From Acidimicrobiia bacterium (lineage in GTDB: Bacteria > Actinomycetota > Acidimicrobiia > Spongiisociales > ZC4RG35): DNA of 64,000 nt. The stretch spans positions 1,632,001 to 1,696,000 of the forward strand of contig CBDBCY010000004.1 of assembly GCA_965203555.1 (NCBI GenBank), in the 5' to 3' direction. The position numbers and the translations under genes were made by a program. Positions 40,263-54,200 of this stretch are shown one piece after another; positions within the stretch are counted from its first letter, which is position 1, and each line of letters opens with the position of its first letter. The notes below the pieces were generated by a model that saw nothing but the letters and a program-made list of their open reading frames with translations, ran no database searches and was not told where the DNA came from.

Positions 40263-41588
40263 TTGAACAAATTCGGATCGATCAGGAGGACAGCGGTTTG
40301 GTTGGTTGCTGCACTGTTCTTGGCGGCGTGCTCGGCCGACCCCGACCCTGTCTCAGTCACACAGACGACCGCCGCCGGAGAAGCCCCGCCGCCGTCCTCG
40401 CCCACCGACTCCCCCACCTCAACCGGACCTGTCACCACCCAAGAAGCGCCTTCCCAGCAGCCCGAAGACTCCTCGCCCACCACAGAACCCGACGCCCCGG
40501 CTACCGCGCCTCCTACGACTTCCTCCACCACTCTTAATGCCGACCAGGAGTCGTCTTCGTCCACGACTCTCCCTCCGGCTGTGCCCCCCGACAGTCTTCG
40601 GTTCGTGGAGGTGGCGAGGGGAGCACGGAACCCGATATTTCTCACCGCCTCTCCGGGCGCAGAACACTCCTACCTGGCCGAACAGGGGGGTCGAATCCTC
40701 TACATGGTCGACGACGAGATCGCCGATCCACCGGTGCTGGACATCACCGGCCAGGTCACGTTCCGCGGAGAGCAGGGACTGCTTGGCATAGCACTTCACC
40801 CAACCCGGCCCGATCGCCTATTCGTGCACTACAGCAACCGCAGCGGTCACACCGTGGTCTCCGAATTCTCCCTCACCGAGGACGGAAGAACCGCCGATCC
40901 GGACTCGGAGAGGCTCATCTTCTTCACGCAGCAGCCAGCCACCAACCACAACGGAGGGATGATCCAGTTCGGGCCTGACGGCTACCTCTACCTGGGCTTG
41001 GGCGACGGCGGCCGGGCGGGTGACTACTACGGCCACGGTCAGCGCCCCGACACTCCACTGGCGGCGCTGGTGCGCATCCATCCCGACCAGGCGACTTCAG
41101 AAGTGTGGTGGTACGGCCTCCGCAACCCCTGGCGGTTCTGGATCGACGAACCCACCGGTTTGACCTACATCGCCGATGTCGGACAGGACGCCTACGAGGA
41201 AATCAGCGTCGCCATGCTCTCCGAACCCGATCTCAACTTTGGATGGCCCATCACCGAGGGCCTTCACTGCTTCGAACCCCGCCAGGGCTGCGATCCGGCG
41301 GGTCTCACCCTGCCCGTGCTCGAAATCGCCCACGACGACGGCGGGACCTGCTCAGTCACCGGCGGCATCGTTTACCGAGGTCTCAGCATGCCCGGCCTCT
41401 GGGGCCACTACTTCTACTCGGACTACTGCGGCGGATACCTGCGCAGCTTCAGGTGGGACGGCGCCCTGGCCATGGACCTACGAGAATGGGCCTCCGACGT
41501 GGGCTCCGTGGTCTCATTTGGAACCGACGGAGAGGGGGAGATGTACATCCTCACCACCAAAGCCGTCTACCGCATCCAACCCGGCTGA
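40263..41588 (+). CDS. PQQ-dependent sugar dehydrogenase (GSDH) family lipoprotein
   Basis: Lipobox LAAC; GEQGLLGIALHP, NHNGG..FGPDGYLY, GLRNPWR, DVGQDAYEE, SVTGG. Confidence 0.88.
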   Translation: MNKFGSIRRTAVWLVAALFLAACSADPDPVSVTQTTAAGEAPPPSSPTDSPTSTGPVTTQEAPSQQPEDSSPTTEPDAPATAPPTTSSTTLNADQESSSSTTLPPAVPPDSLRFVEVARGARNPIFLTASPGAEHSYLAEQGGRILYMVDDEIADPPVLDITGQVTFRGEQGLLGIALHPTRPDRLFVHYSNRSGHTVVSEFSLTEDGRTADPDSERLIFFTQQPATNHNGGMIQFGPDGYLYLGLGDGGRAGDYYGHGQRPDTPLAALVRIHPDQATSEVWWYGLRNPWRFWIDEPTGLTYIADVGQDAYEEISVAMLSEPDLNFGWPITEGLHCFEPRQGCDPAGLTLPVLEIAHDDGGTCSVTGGIVYRGLSMPGLWGHYFYSDYCGGYLRSFRWDGALAMDLREWASDVGSVVSFGTDGEGEMYILTTKAVYRIQPG

Positions 41589-41644
41589 TGAGAAGCCTTT
41601 CGCTTCGATGCCATTCACAAGGATTCTGGTTACCATCACAGAAG

Positions 41645-41920
41645 ATGAGCGTCGTGTCAGATTTCCTCGGTATGACATTCCGAGTCGTTTACGAAGAGGA
41701 TGTGGAACCACATGTGTCGGTGCTCTACTGGGACTGGAGCGGACCGGAACTGTCAGCCAAGTACGGCTTGGAGAGTCGTCGCATCATCGAAGGCTGGCTT
41801 CCCGAGTTGGGTATGGGTGAGATCGATATGTGGGTGGAAGAGCATCTGGCCGAGTTGGAGAAGGCGTGGGGAGACAGTCGCGTTGGTAAACGCCCGGCCC
41901 CGATCTCCCCTCTCGATTGA
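41645..41920 (+). CDS. DUF4160-family protein (diverged)
   Basis: MSVVSDFLGM..EPHV..IIEGWLP..W.EEH.AEL..AW..I.PL pattern. Confidence 0.65.
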   Translation: MSVVSDFLGMTFRVVYEEDVEPHVSVLYWDWSGPELSAKYGLESRRIIEGWLPELGMGEIDMWVEEHLAELEKAWGDSRVGKRPAPISPLD

Positions 41921-41933
41921 GCCCAGGCCAGGA

Positions 41934-42302
41934 ATGTCCGCCCATGAACAGCCTGTTTACGAGTGGAACGGGCGGCGATATGTGTACGACCCCACCCGCC
42001 GACAGGAAATCAGGGACATACCCACAATCATCAAGGTGAAACCTCTGAAAGGGTTCTCTGTTTGGGTGGAGTACGAGAACGGCGAACAAGGCGAAGCGGA
42101 CCTGAATCACTTGTTAATCCAAGGAATGTTCTATGGATGGAGAAACCGGCAATACTTCGAAAGCGTCCGGCCCGTGGGGGATTTCCTGGTTTGGGGCGAA
42201 GGCGAGGTGGACATAGCTCCCGAATCACTTTACATGTGGGTTACCGGCGCCAGCTTGGACGAGATCTCGCCCATAAGGTTCGTGGATGTCCCCCAGCATT
42301 AG
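41934..42302 (+). CDS. DUF2442-family protein
   Basis: VKPLKGFSVWVEYENGEQGEADL, FESV, LVW..VDIAPESLY. Confidence 0.75.
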   Translation: MSAHEQPVYEWNGRRYVYDPTRRQEIRDIPTIIKVKPLKGFSVWVEYENGEQGEADLNHLLIQGMFYGWRNRQYFESVRPVGDFLVWGEGEVDIAPESLYMWVTGASLDEISPIRFVDVPQH

Positions 42303-42549
42303 CCGCTTCTATGGAATAACTGTTCGTATCCACTCCAATGATCATCCCCCTCCTCACATTCACGCCATCCATGGAGGGGATCGAATCAAAGTCAATATCG
42401 AAACCCGAGAAGTAATGAGAGGCGCACTCGGCAAGAGTTCTACGAGAATACTGCTCAAGTGGATGGATGCCCACAGGGATGAACTGCTCTTGGCGTGGGA
42501 ACAGTCGCAACGCGGCATCTGGATCCAAATCCCACCTCATAGGACGTAA
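42286..42549 (+). CDS. DUF4160-family protein
   Basis: PSISRFYGITV..NDHPPPHIHA..W...HRDELLLAW..IPP. Confidence 0.85.
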   Translation: MSPSISRFYGITVRIHSNDHPPPHIHAIHGGDRIKVNIETREVMRGALGKSSTRILLKWMDAHRDELLLAWEQSQRGIWIQIPPHRT

Positions 42550-42726
42550 GGATTGTTGACAATAGCCCTGACCACCACTGGCGGACCTTCCTCATCCCTC
42601 CTTCTATCGCCGGACTCAGCACACCCGGCCTGTGGAGAGCTCCGCAACTCTACTTAGACCGCTCACCTGATATCGGTGGCTAGCTAATCCCAATAGTCAT
42701 GGCAAGATCTCTCCTCCCATATGCGA

Positions 42727-44076
42727 TCAAGGGCGATATCCAACAACCGATTCATAGGTGGCAGGGTCGCTTAGCTCCTCAACGAGCTTGTCGACCCAAG
42801 CCTGCGTGTAGCCATATGCCTTCATCAATCGGTCCCAGCGACAGTATAGTTGGATTGTTAGTTCAGGCTGATGTGATCCGCCGGGAGGCCTCACGTTGTA
42901 ATGTCTCCAACAGCGGGTATGCGTATCCATTGTAAAGCGAAAGGGCAGACGTTGTGAGACCAGTGCAACAACTTCACCAGGTCTGAAGAGATCACCAGAT
43001 GCAACAGGCACTTGCCTAGGTTTAGTTACAACTGCCAGTCCCTGCAGAGCCTCTTCTACCTCGGGAGGAGTCGTTCCAGGCCTAATAAACCGGGTCACAG
43101 CGTCGGCGGATCGTTGCCTGTTTGCTGTTATAGGCACAAAGAAGATGCGTAAAGAGTACTCTGGATTTCGTAATACTTCCTCCGATACTTCCTCACGATG
43201 CCGATTCAAGAAGTCTTGGACATCAACTGGAAGTTGTGCCTGCGCCTGTTTCAGAGATTTGCCAGCCGCCGCGTCCCGGAAGCCTGACAATTGTAGAGGA
43301 ACCGAGAGTTGTTCCACTAATCCTGCTTCGACTCCAAAATGCTCGATCAGAATGTTCTCGTAGTTGAGAAGCATGGCTTGGGCTTCACTAACTACTTGAA
43401 GATCCAAAGCAGGCAAATATCGATGGGATATGATGTGGAGGAGCTTAAGGAAGAAGTCGAGATTAGCTTGCACAGCGTCCTTTTCTGGAATGACATGAAG
43501 CATTAAGTCTCGTGTTCCTTTCACTCTTACCTGCCCATCTATAAGAATTTGTTGTCCATCTCTGTCATACTCGTAGTAGTCGTCGCCATCTCGCTCCATA
43601 ATCGCTTGAAATAGAGAATTCCAGGCAATAATCATCAATACGATGAACGTCTCCGAGCGATATCTACCAATCGGATCGTTGTAAACACGTATTGCCGCCA
43701 AGGCCGACTCTCGGGACTTGGCCACCAGACGGTACTCCTCTTTGAGCGCACCCGCCTCTGTTGGGTCGATGCCGTGGACCCGCAGGAGAGCCTCTAGCCG
43801 CTCGACGCGCAGGGTTTGTGCTGACTTTCTCTCCGTTTCGTGTCCCAACCGGCGCCTGATGTAGGAAGTAAATCGTTTACCGTGACTAGCGGCGTCGTTC
43901 CAGTACTCAACTTCGAGAGCAGATTTCGGGGCACCAGATTGCCACCGTTCGAACATCTCGGTAGCCACGGCACGGTGCTCTTCTTCGCTTAGTTCAATGC
44001 CTTCCATGGCTTTCTGCGCCAGCCTTACACCGGCCAGTTTGACTTCGGAGTGGGTTGAAGAGGTGGGTTCCGCCAT
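42727..44076 (-). CDS. DUF3644 (HEPN-like) domain protein with N-terminal extension
   Basis: KSRESALAAIRVYNDP, FIVLMIIAWNSLF, QAMLLNYE, THTRCWRHYNVRP, YTQAWV; TGATG coupling to the upstream methyltransferase. Confidence 0.75.
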   Translation of the reverse strand: MAEPTSSTHSEVKLAGVRLAQKAMEGIELSEEEHRAVATEMFERWQSGAPKSALEVEYWNDAASHGKRFTSYIRRRLGHETERKSAQTLRVERLEALLRVHGIDPTEAGALKEEYRLVAKSRESALAAIRVYNDPIGRYRSETFIVLMIIAWNSLFQAIMERDGDDYYEYDRDGQQILIDGQVRVKGTRDLMLHVIPEKDAVQANLDFFLKLLHIISHRYLPALDLQVVSEAQAMLLNYENILIEHFGVEAGLVEQLSVPLQLSGFRDAAAGKSLKQAQAQLPVDVQDFLNRHREEVSEEVLRNPEYSLRIFFVPITANRQRSADAVTRFIRPGTTPPEVEEALQGLAVVTKPRQVPVASGDLFRPGEVVALVSQRLPFRFTMDTHTRCWRHYNVRPPGGSHQPELTIQLYCRWDRLMKAYGYTQAWVDKLVEELSDPATYESVVGYRP

Positions 44077-44762
44077 CAGGGAGCTCTCGGGGCTCCTGCG
44101 CCAAGATCTGGTGTCTCCCCATGCAGGAGTTGATCGAAGGCTTCGAGGACATAGCGCTTGGTGCGGTATTCGCCGTATTTGGCCTGCTCGTTGCGTTTGA
44201 GAGCCGGGAAGGTTGAACCGGGAGGGGGTGCATCGAGAATCCACTCCAAGTCGGTGCGGTCGAGGCGGTACATGTGGGCGAAGATGGCGTCCAGTTCGCT
44301 TTGCAGTCGGTGGCGGCGGTCGTCGTCCCAAACGAAAGGAGGACCGTTGTAGCCGAGGTCCCTGGCAAATCCTTCCAGGTCATACGCCGTGTATGTCAGC
44401 TCCAGCACTCTTGGTACGATAAGCTCGGCCCACAAGGCCTCAGACCAAGGATGTACCCTCTCCAAATAGACCTCTGGAGGGAAGACGGGCAACTGCTTCA
44501 CGATGAAGAAGCTCATGTTGACACCTCCCACGGATAGACGGGCTGCCCAGTCGAGCGGGAGGCTGTTCATATTGGCTAGTACAAGTGCAGAAGCTATTGC
44601 TCTCCCGTGTTCGTAGTCAATTACCGGAGCGCTGTGTCCAACAGCACTTTGCGGAAGATACCCTGTTATCAGGGTATGCTCGTCAGTAGCCCGTGTAATA
44701 CCGCGGAAGGCCTGTAGCCAGTTACCATAATCAGTATTGAGGACTGGGGCTTTGTGATTCAC
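44076..44762 (-). CDS. C-terminal part of the type IIG-like methyltransferase (separate frame in the current allele)
   Basis: AFRGITRATDEHT, ANMNSLPLDW, VKQLPV, LELTYTAYDL, RLQSELDA, FPALKRNE..YGEYRTKR; this frame is open upstream all the way to the microsatellite. Confidence 0.85.
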   Translation of the reverse strand: MNHKAPVLNTDYGNWLQAFRGITRATDEHTLITGYLPQSAVGHSAPVIDYEHGRAIASALVLANMNSLPLDWAARLSVGGVNMSFFIVKQLPVFPPEVYLERVHPWSEALWAELIVPRVLELTYTAYDLEGFARDLGYNGPPFVWDDDRRHRLQSELDAIFAHMYRLDRTDLEWILDAPPPGSTFPALKRNEQAKYGEYRTKRYVLEAFDQLLHGETPDLGAGAPRAP

Positions 44763-44925
44763 AGCAGTTCCTTGTATGACCGAGAAGATGGTTGTCCGCC
44801 TGTCTGTTGACCTCGAGATATCTCTGAAGACAAGAAGCCAAAGAGGATTACAGCTCCTGAGTGACCCAATGCCCCACCCGTAATCATCGCGAAATGTCCG
44901 GTTCGTTCGTTGGTCGCGTTGGTGA

Positions 44926-48396
<3,471 letters not shown>

Positions 48397-48405
48397 AAAC
48401 CTGCC

Positions 48406-51276
48406 TCACAAACTCGCGAAGGGCATGAATACGTAGACGCCGATTTTGTCGACCGGGAGCGCCGGGGTGACCTTGTGCCGCAATCCCCTGGCGCCGCTGG
48501 CGTCGCGGATGCGGCGGTGGTCCGCCAACAGTTCCCGGGCTCGCTCCTGTGCGATGCGGTTGAAGGTCTCTTTCATGGCGGGCAGGGCGTCGATCGTCTG
48601 GCGGATGAGACGGGTCTTCTGGCCGTCTTCCATGTTGCGGCCAGGCTCAAGGGCGAGTAGGGCCAGGGCATCCTCGTCGGTCAACAATCGGGGGGCCTCC
48701 CCGCCTTCGACAGCCAACGCCAGACACTCTTCGGCAAGAAGCGCTTTCAGCGGTACGTACCGTCCATCGGCGGTTCGTTGCTCCATTTGAAGCTGGCTCC
48801 GCAGCCGCAGCAGATAGAGAACGGTCCTGGTCTTGACTCCCCTGGTGAAGATGGCGCTCACCCGTGCGCCGACCTCCGGACTGTCGGCGTCGAGCGCCTG
48901 CTCCGCCACATAGTCGGCCAGGGTGGTGACCAACGGGTGGGTTCGATGAATGTATGCGGCGCCGGTGGGAGCGGGCTGGTCGAAGGAGATGCGGGCGGCT
49001 GTTTTGAACCCGACCGCTTGCAGGCGATCCTGAACAGGTTTGGGGAGGTGTCCAACCGGCAGGCGACTGTAGCCGTTCTGGCTGTGGAGCGGCGCGCCCA
49101 ACCGCTCAGCGGAGAGGCGGACGAACCGAGCCACGTCGTCGGGCCCGCCGAGGATGGACACCGTCTTCCGCCACTCGGGCAGAACATCGTCGGGCCTCAA
49201 CCGTCGCTGCGCAAAGACCGTGCGCGTCATCTTCCCACGGGCGATCTCCCAGGCGTTGTCCACCTCGACCTCGGTCTCTCCGAAGTCAAGAGCCTCCTGC
49301 CTTCCCGGACCCTGGAGAAGGACCGCCTTCATGATGGCGTCGACCACTTTGTTGTTGTCGGCGGGCAGGGGCACGGCCACGCCCAGTTCTTTGCGGATCT
49401 TCTCGGCCTTTCTCAAGATCACCCGGAGGACGGCCCCGTCGACCGGGTTGTCCTGTCCGTAGAGCATCAAGGCGCGCACGATGGGACTCGCCTGCCCGAA
49501 ACGATCCGCCCGGCCTTCCCGCTGTTCGTGGCGGGTGGGATTCCACGTGAGGTCGTAATGAATCACGGCGTCGAAATGCCTTTGCAGGTTGACCCCTTCG
49601 GAAAGACAGTCCGTCGCCACGAGCACCGGTGTGATGTTGCTGTCCAGTTCACCCAGCGCCTCCACTCGTTCCTCGCGCTGGTCGGAGGTCAGTTCTCCGG
49701 TCACCACTTCGACATGGGTCTTTCTCTTCGGCAGAGCGCGTCTGAGTTGCTCGCCCGCGTAGTGGGCAGTGGCAATGTAGCGGCAGAACACCACCGGCTT
49801 GAATCCCGCCGAAATGAGCTTTCGCGCCTCTCTGATCAGCGCCCGGAGCTTGGGGTCCTGTTTGGGTCCCCGCAAGGCGTCAGCCCGCTCGATGAGTTGG
49901 CGAAGCGCAACCGACTCCTCGTCCGATTCGTCAGCCTCCTCCAAGATGCCGGCAGGAACGCTCTCGTTGAGCGTCAGGGAATCATCGGCCGCCTCGTCCA
50001 TCACCGTTTCTCTGGCGGTTCGCTCCAGGTCGTCGATCTGTTGCTGCTCGCTCCCGCTTTGCGCGGCTTGAAGCCTGGTGCGCAATGCCAGCGACGCGGC
50101 GGCGGGACTTGAGGAGAGACATCGCAACAACGCAAGCGCCGCCCACCAAGACATCCGCTGCTGAAGCTTGGTGCCGCCCTCGGCCTGCTTCACCATGGCG
50201 CGGGCGTAGGCGAGCACATCACCGAATATCCTCCCCCAGTCACCGGTCAACCGGTAGGTGGATTCCCGGCTCTCGCGGACGGGAAACCCGGCGGCGTCTT
50301 TCCACTCGTCGATGTCACCGCGCCGACGCTGCACGAAGTGCGCGGCAAGCTCCTCACGCAATGCCCGGCGATCCTTTCCCTGGGGCAAATCGGACAGCCC
50401 GGCGAACTTCGGCTCCAACAGACCCAGGAGGTTGTGAAAAGCGATGTCGTCGCCCGAATGCGGCGTGGCGGTCAGGAACACCATTCCCCGCCTGGGTTCG
50501 CTCTCGGCGAGACCTTTCAGCAACTGGTAACGCTGATGGCGGGTGTTGGTGTTGGCACGAACGCAGGTGTGGGCCTCATCGACGATCACGAAATCGGGAC
50601 AGGCGCGCAGAAAGTCATTTCGGCGCCGGTCCGACTTGATGTAGTCGAGGGAGACGACCGTGAAGGGATAGACCTCGAAGATGGACTCGTCTGGCCGCAG
50701 GCCGCGTTCCAGGCGGGTGGCCGTTCCGGTTCGGACCACTTCTGCGTCGATGCCGAACTTCTCCTCCAGTTCCTGCTTCCACTGTTCACAGAGATGCGGC
50801 GGGCAGATCACGGTGAACCGTTCGATCTCGCCGCGATCGATGAGTTCCCGGGCGATGAGACACGCCTCAATGGTCTTTCCGATCCCCACATCGTCGGCCA
50901 CCAGCAGTCGGATAGTGTCCAACTTGAGAGCCATGAGTAAAGGGACCAACTGGTAGGGGCGGGGTTCGACGTTGATGTTCCCCACACTTCGAAAGGGACC
51001 GGCGCCGGCCCGAAGCTTGAGACGGAGTGCATCCCTGAGAAGAAGGGCGGCTTCCTGGGAGCCCGGCTTGTCAGGATTGGGCAGGTCGAACGTGGCCGCA
51101 ACCGGCGGCTCAGGCTCCAAAGGCAGGTAGATCAGCGTGGCGTCGTCTTCCGCGCCGCCGAGTGGGCGCAACTTCATGAGGTTGGGACGCGTCTCGGGGA
51201 GGACCACCCACTCGCGTCCGCGCGCCCGGACCAGATCACCGGGTTTGAACCGGACCGATACCGCCATCGCCGTCAC
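48406..51276 (-). CDS. SNF2-family helicase (DrmD/ArmA-like)
   Basis: GDLVRARGREWVV, PRPYQLVPL, ADDVGIGKT, VDEAH, LTATPHSG, SEGVNLQ, WNPTRHEQREGRADRFGQ; GTGA overlap with the upstream gene. Confidence 0.9.
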   Translation of the reverse strand: MTAMAVSVRFKPGDLVRARGREWVVLPETRPNLMKLRPLGGAEDDATLIYLPLEPEPPVAATFDLPNPDKPGSQEAALLLRDALRLKLRAGAGPFRSVGNINVEPRPYQLVPLLMALKLDTIRLLVADDVGIGKTIEACLIARELIDRGEIERFTVICPPHLCEQWKQELEEKFGIDAEVVRTGTATRLERGLRPDESIFEVYPFTVVSLDYIKSDRRRNDFLRACPDFVIVDEAHTCVRANTNTRHQRYQLLKGLAESEPRRGMVFLTATPHSGDDIAFHNLLGLLEPKFAGLSDLPQGKDRRALREELAAHFVQRRRGDIDEWKDAAGFPVRESRESTYRLTGDWGRIFGDVLAYARAMVKQAEGGTKLQQRMSWWAALALLRCLSSSPAAASLALRTRLQAAQSGSEQQQIDDLERTARETVMDEAADDSLTLNESVPAGILEEADESDEESVALRQLIERADALRGPKQDPKLRALIREARKLISAGFKPVVFCRYIATAHYAGEQLRRALPKRKTHVEVVTGELTSDQREERVEALGELDSNITPVLVATDCLSEGVNLQRHFDAVIHYDLTWNPTRHEQREGRADRFGQASPIVRALMLYGQDNPVDGAVLRVILRKAEKIRKELGVAVPLPADNNKVVDAIMKAVLLQGPGRQEALDFGETEVEVDNAWEIARGKMTRTVFAQRRLRPDDVLPEWRKTVSILGGPDDVARFVRLSAERLGAPLHSQNGYSRLPVGHLPKPVQDRLQAVGFKTAARISFDQPAPTGAAYIHRTHPLVTTLADYVAEQALDADSPEVGARVSAIFTRGVKTRTVLYLLRLRSQLQMEQRTADGRYVPLKALLAEECLALAVEGGEAPRLLTDEDALALLALEPGRNMEDGQKTRLIRQTIDALPAMKETFNRIAQERARELLADHRRIRDASGARGLRHKVTPALPVDKIGVYVFMPFASL

Positions 51277-54200
51277 ACTCCCTGCGCGGTTGCCATGCGA
51301 TGCCCGGCGCCGAAGACCCAGGCGTAGTCGCCGACCATGCCGACCCATGAAGCCTGGTCGGCGGGGAAACGCACCACGGTGAAGCCTGCGTCCTCGAGAC
51401 GCCTGGTTATTCGGGCGTCGAGAATCTTCTGCGTGTTTCCCCGATGATGCGGACCATCGACATAGATCAGGGTCTGGTGGTTGGCATAGGCGAAGTCAGG
51501 CCGGGTGCCGTATTCCTCCAGGTAGGGCTGCACGCGATCCGGCAAGCGGTACTCATTCTCCCTCAGGAAATCGATCCATGCCCTTTCAAGACTGGAGGTG
51601 GAGGCATTCGTCAACTCATCGAAGGCCCCAAGGCTCTTTCGCTCCGCATGGGTCAGTCGGCAGAGAAGTTCGACCATGGCCTCGTCTTTCCGGTCGATGG
51701 ACGAGTGGTCCGGCTGGTTGTAGTAGCTGAGGAGACAGCGATAGCAACCCGCCTCGCATTCGGGCTGCTGATCCTCCAAGTCATCGGCGTCCGTCCAATC
51801 ACCGGACTTTGAGGCGTAGTGACAGACCTCAAGCGCCCTCCGGGCGATTCGGGGGATCGCCCCCGGGTCGCCTGCCAGGCGGGTGAGCACGCCTGCGCCG
51901 CCCTCGGCCGCCTCGTAGAAGAGAATGGTGCTGCGGTGGTCCCGATCAGGCAGAGGCTCGGCGGCAAGTTCCGATTCCTCCAACTGAAATTCCTGCTCGA
52001 TGCCGCGTTTCAGCGCATATTGCAATGAGACCATGGCTTCGGTGGAAAGATCGGTTACGGGCCGGAGGACGAGAACGTTCTTGGTGTCCCTCACGAACGG
52101 CGTGATACGCTGCACCGTTTTGCCCTCTTTCACCCGGTCGTCTTCGGCGTCGGTCGGCGCCTGCGAGTCCTTCGTCCATTCCCCGGTGTTCGGATCGACA
52201 CTGAATCCGTACACGGACTTCTCCTTGCGCCGGCGCCATCCCAGGTTGATGCGCCACAGCGTGGCGGCCGGGCCGTATTTGAGCTCCAAGAGTTCCTCGC
52301 CCCGGTGCTCCACAACGGCTCTCTCCACGCGCGGCCGACCATTTTCCTCGCTGAATCGGAGAGTGGTGACCATCTCGTAGCCTTGGCGCTGTCTTTCCTC
52401 CTCATCGGAAGTGATGCGGGTCGCCCGGCGAGTCGAGACCTGCGCGATGCGATACAGATTCCATATGCGGCGCCCCTCCCCCAAACGAATGTCGCAACTG
52501 GCGCAGCGTTCGAATTCCTTCTGGTCCCCAAAGTGCCCGTAGCCGCAGGAAGGGCAGATCCGGGCGGCTTGCACGGGTAGTGCCGCCGAGGTGGTCACCT
52601 CGCCTCGAACTGTGAGAATGATGCGCCGCACCCGGTAGGTGCTGCCTTCGTGATAGATGATGGATTGTGGACCGAACTCGGTGAGACCCAGAAACCGCGG
52701 TCGGCTCAGGAAGGAGTCACGGGCGACCTTCCCTCTTCTCCCCGGGATGAACGCCATGAGCGGCAACCTCGGGAAGTTGTAACCCGGCAGGAACCCTTCC
52801 GAGGCGAGATAGCGGTAGGTGTAGAAGTCAGAGTTCATGGTCCGCCTGCTGTCGAGCAGCAGACTCTGCTGTATGTAGGCCTCGTCGTATCGAGCCTTGG
52901 CTTCTTTCCGCTCCCTCTCGGTGGCCGCCGCACTGTTCACCACGCGGTTGGCGCGTTTCATCTGGCTGGTCGTGGCGCGATAGAGAGAACGCCAACGGTC
53001 GAAGGCTTCGTCGAAACGCCGGCTCGCCGAATTGATGGCGCTGTCCAGCCAGGTATCGGTGTACCAGGGGGCGAATTGTTCGGAGAGGTCCCTGCCGAGC
53101 GTGGCGAGTATGCGCCGGGAGCGCCTGGTGGTTTCCTCCAGAACCAGGGAGCGGCCGACCTGGGCGGCGATGTCGGGGCGCAGGGGCATGACCTCGGTGC
53201 TCTCCAGATCGAGCACCTCGGGGACTGATGTACCCAGACTGACGCCTGTTTCTGCCAGCCAAACCGCCTGCAAGTGGCTTCGGACCAAGTCCTCGTTGGC
53301 AAGATCAATGGTCGGCGGGTTGACGGCGCCCGCCACCATGCGGGCGGGATCGGAGAAGAAGTACTGGTCGTGAGGCGATCGGGCCGCGCAGTAGGTGACC
53401 ACCAGGGCCGGCTGGCCACTGCGCCCGGCGCGTCCGCTGCGCTGCGCATAATTGGCGGGCGTGGGTGGAACGTTCCGCAGGTAGACCGTGTTGAGAGTGG
53501 AGATATCGACTCCGAGCTCCATCGTCGGCGAGCAGAACAGCACCGGCAGCCCCGCCTCCTCTATCTCACCGTTCACGACGCGTTCCCCTTCGAGGCCCTT
53601 GCGGAACCGCTTCTCCCGTTCCTCCCGTACATCTGACTCCACCTGGGCGGTGTGTTCTCGGGCCTCGAGCTGGTGGAGGAAGCGGTCGTCGACGCCGAGA
53701 AGCTTGGCGACATTCCGGTACAGCGTGCGGAAAAAGGCATTGGTGGCGCTCGTATCGGGCGAGTCGGATCGCTTTGCAAGCCGCCATTGCAGAGCGGAAC
53801 TGTCGATCCGGTACCCGGTACGGCCGCCGCCCAGATCGCTGGACTCCACGTATCCGTAGGTGATGAGGACCCGTAGAACATCGTCGATGACCGCGTTGTA
53901 GACGCCCTCGTCGAACTTCGCCGGGTAATGACGATTGTCCCGACCCCAAAAGGCCTGAGACTTGAAGCGGCGCGCGAAAGCCGAGCGATAGGACACATGC
54001 AATGTGCGGTAGTCCTTGCGCCTGCCCTTCGTGCCGGGCCGGGGAACCATGTAGGCGTGGGAGAAAAGGCGCTCCTCCTCTGACAGACCCCAGGGTTCCT
54101 TCAGCTGGTTGAAGCTCCGATTGCGGACCTGCTCCTGGAAATTCGGATCGAGATAGACCGTTTTGATACACAGTGCGCTTCTCATGCGGTCAAGGAGCGC

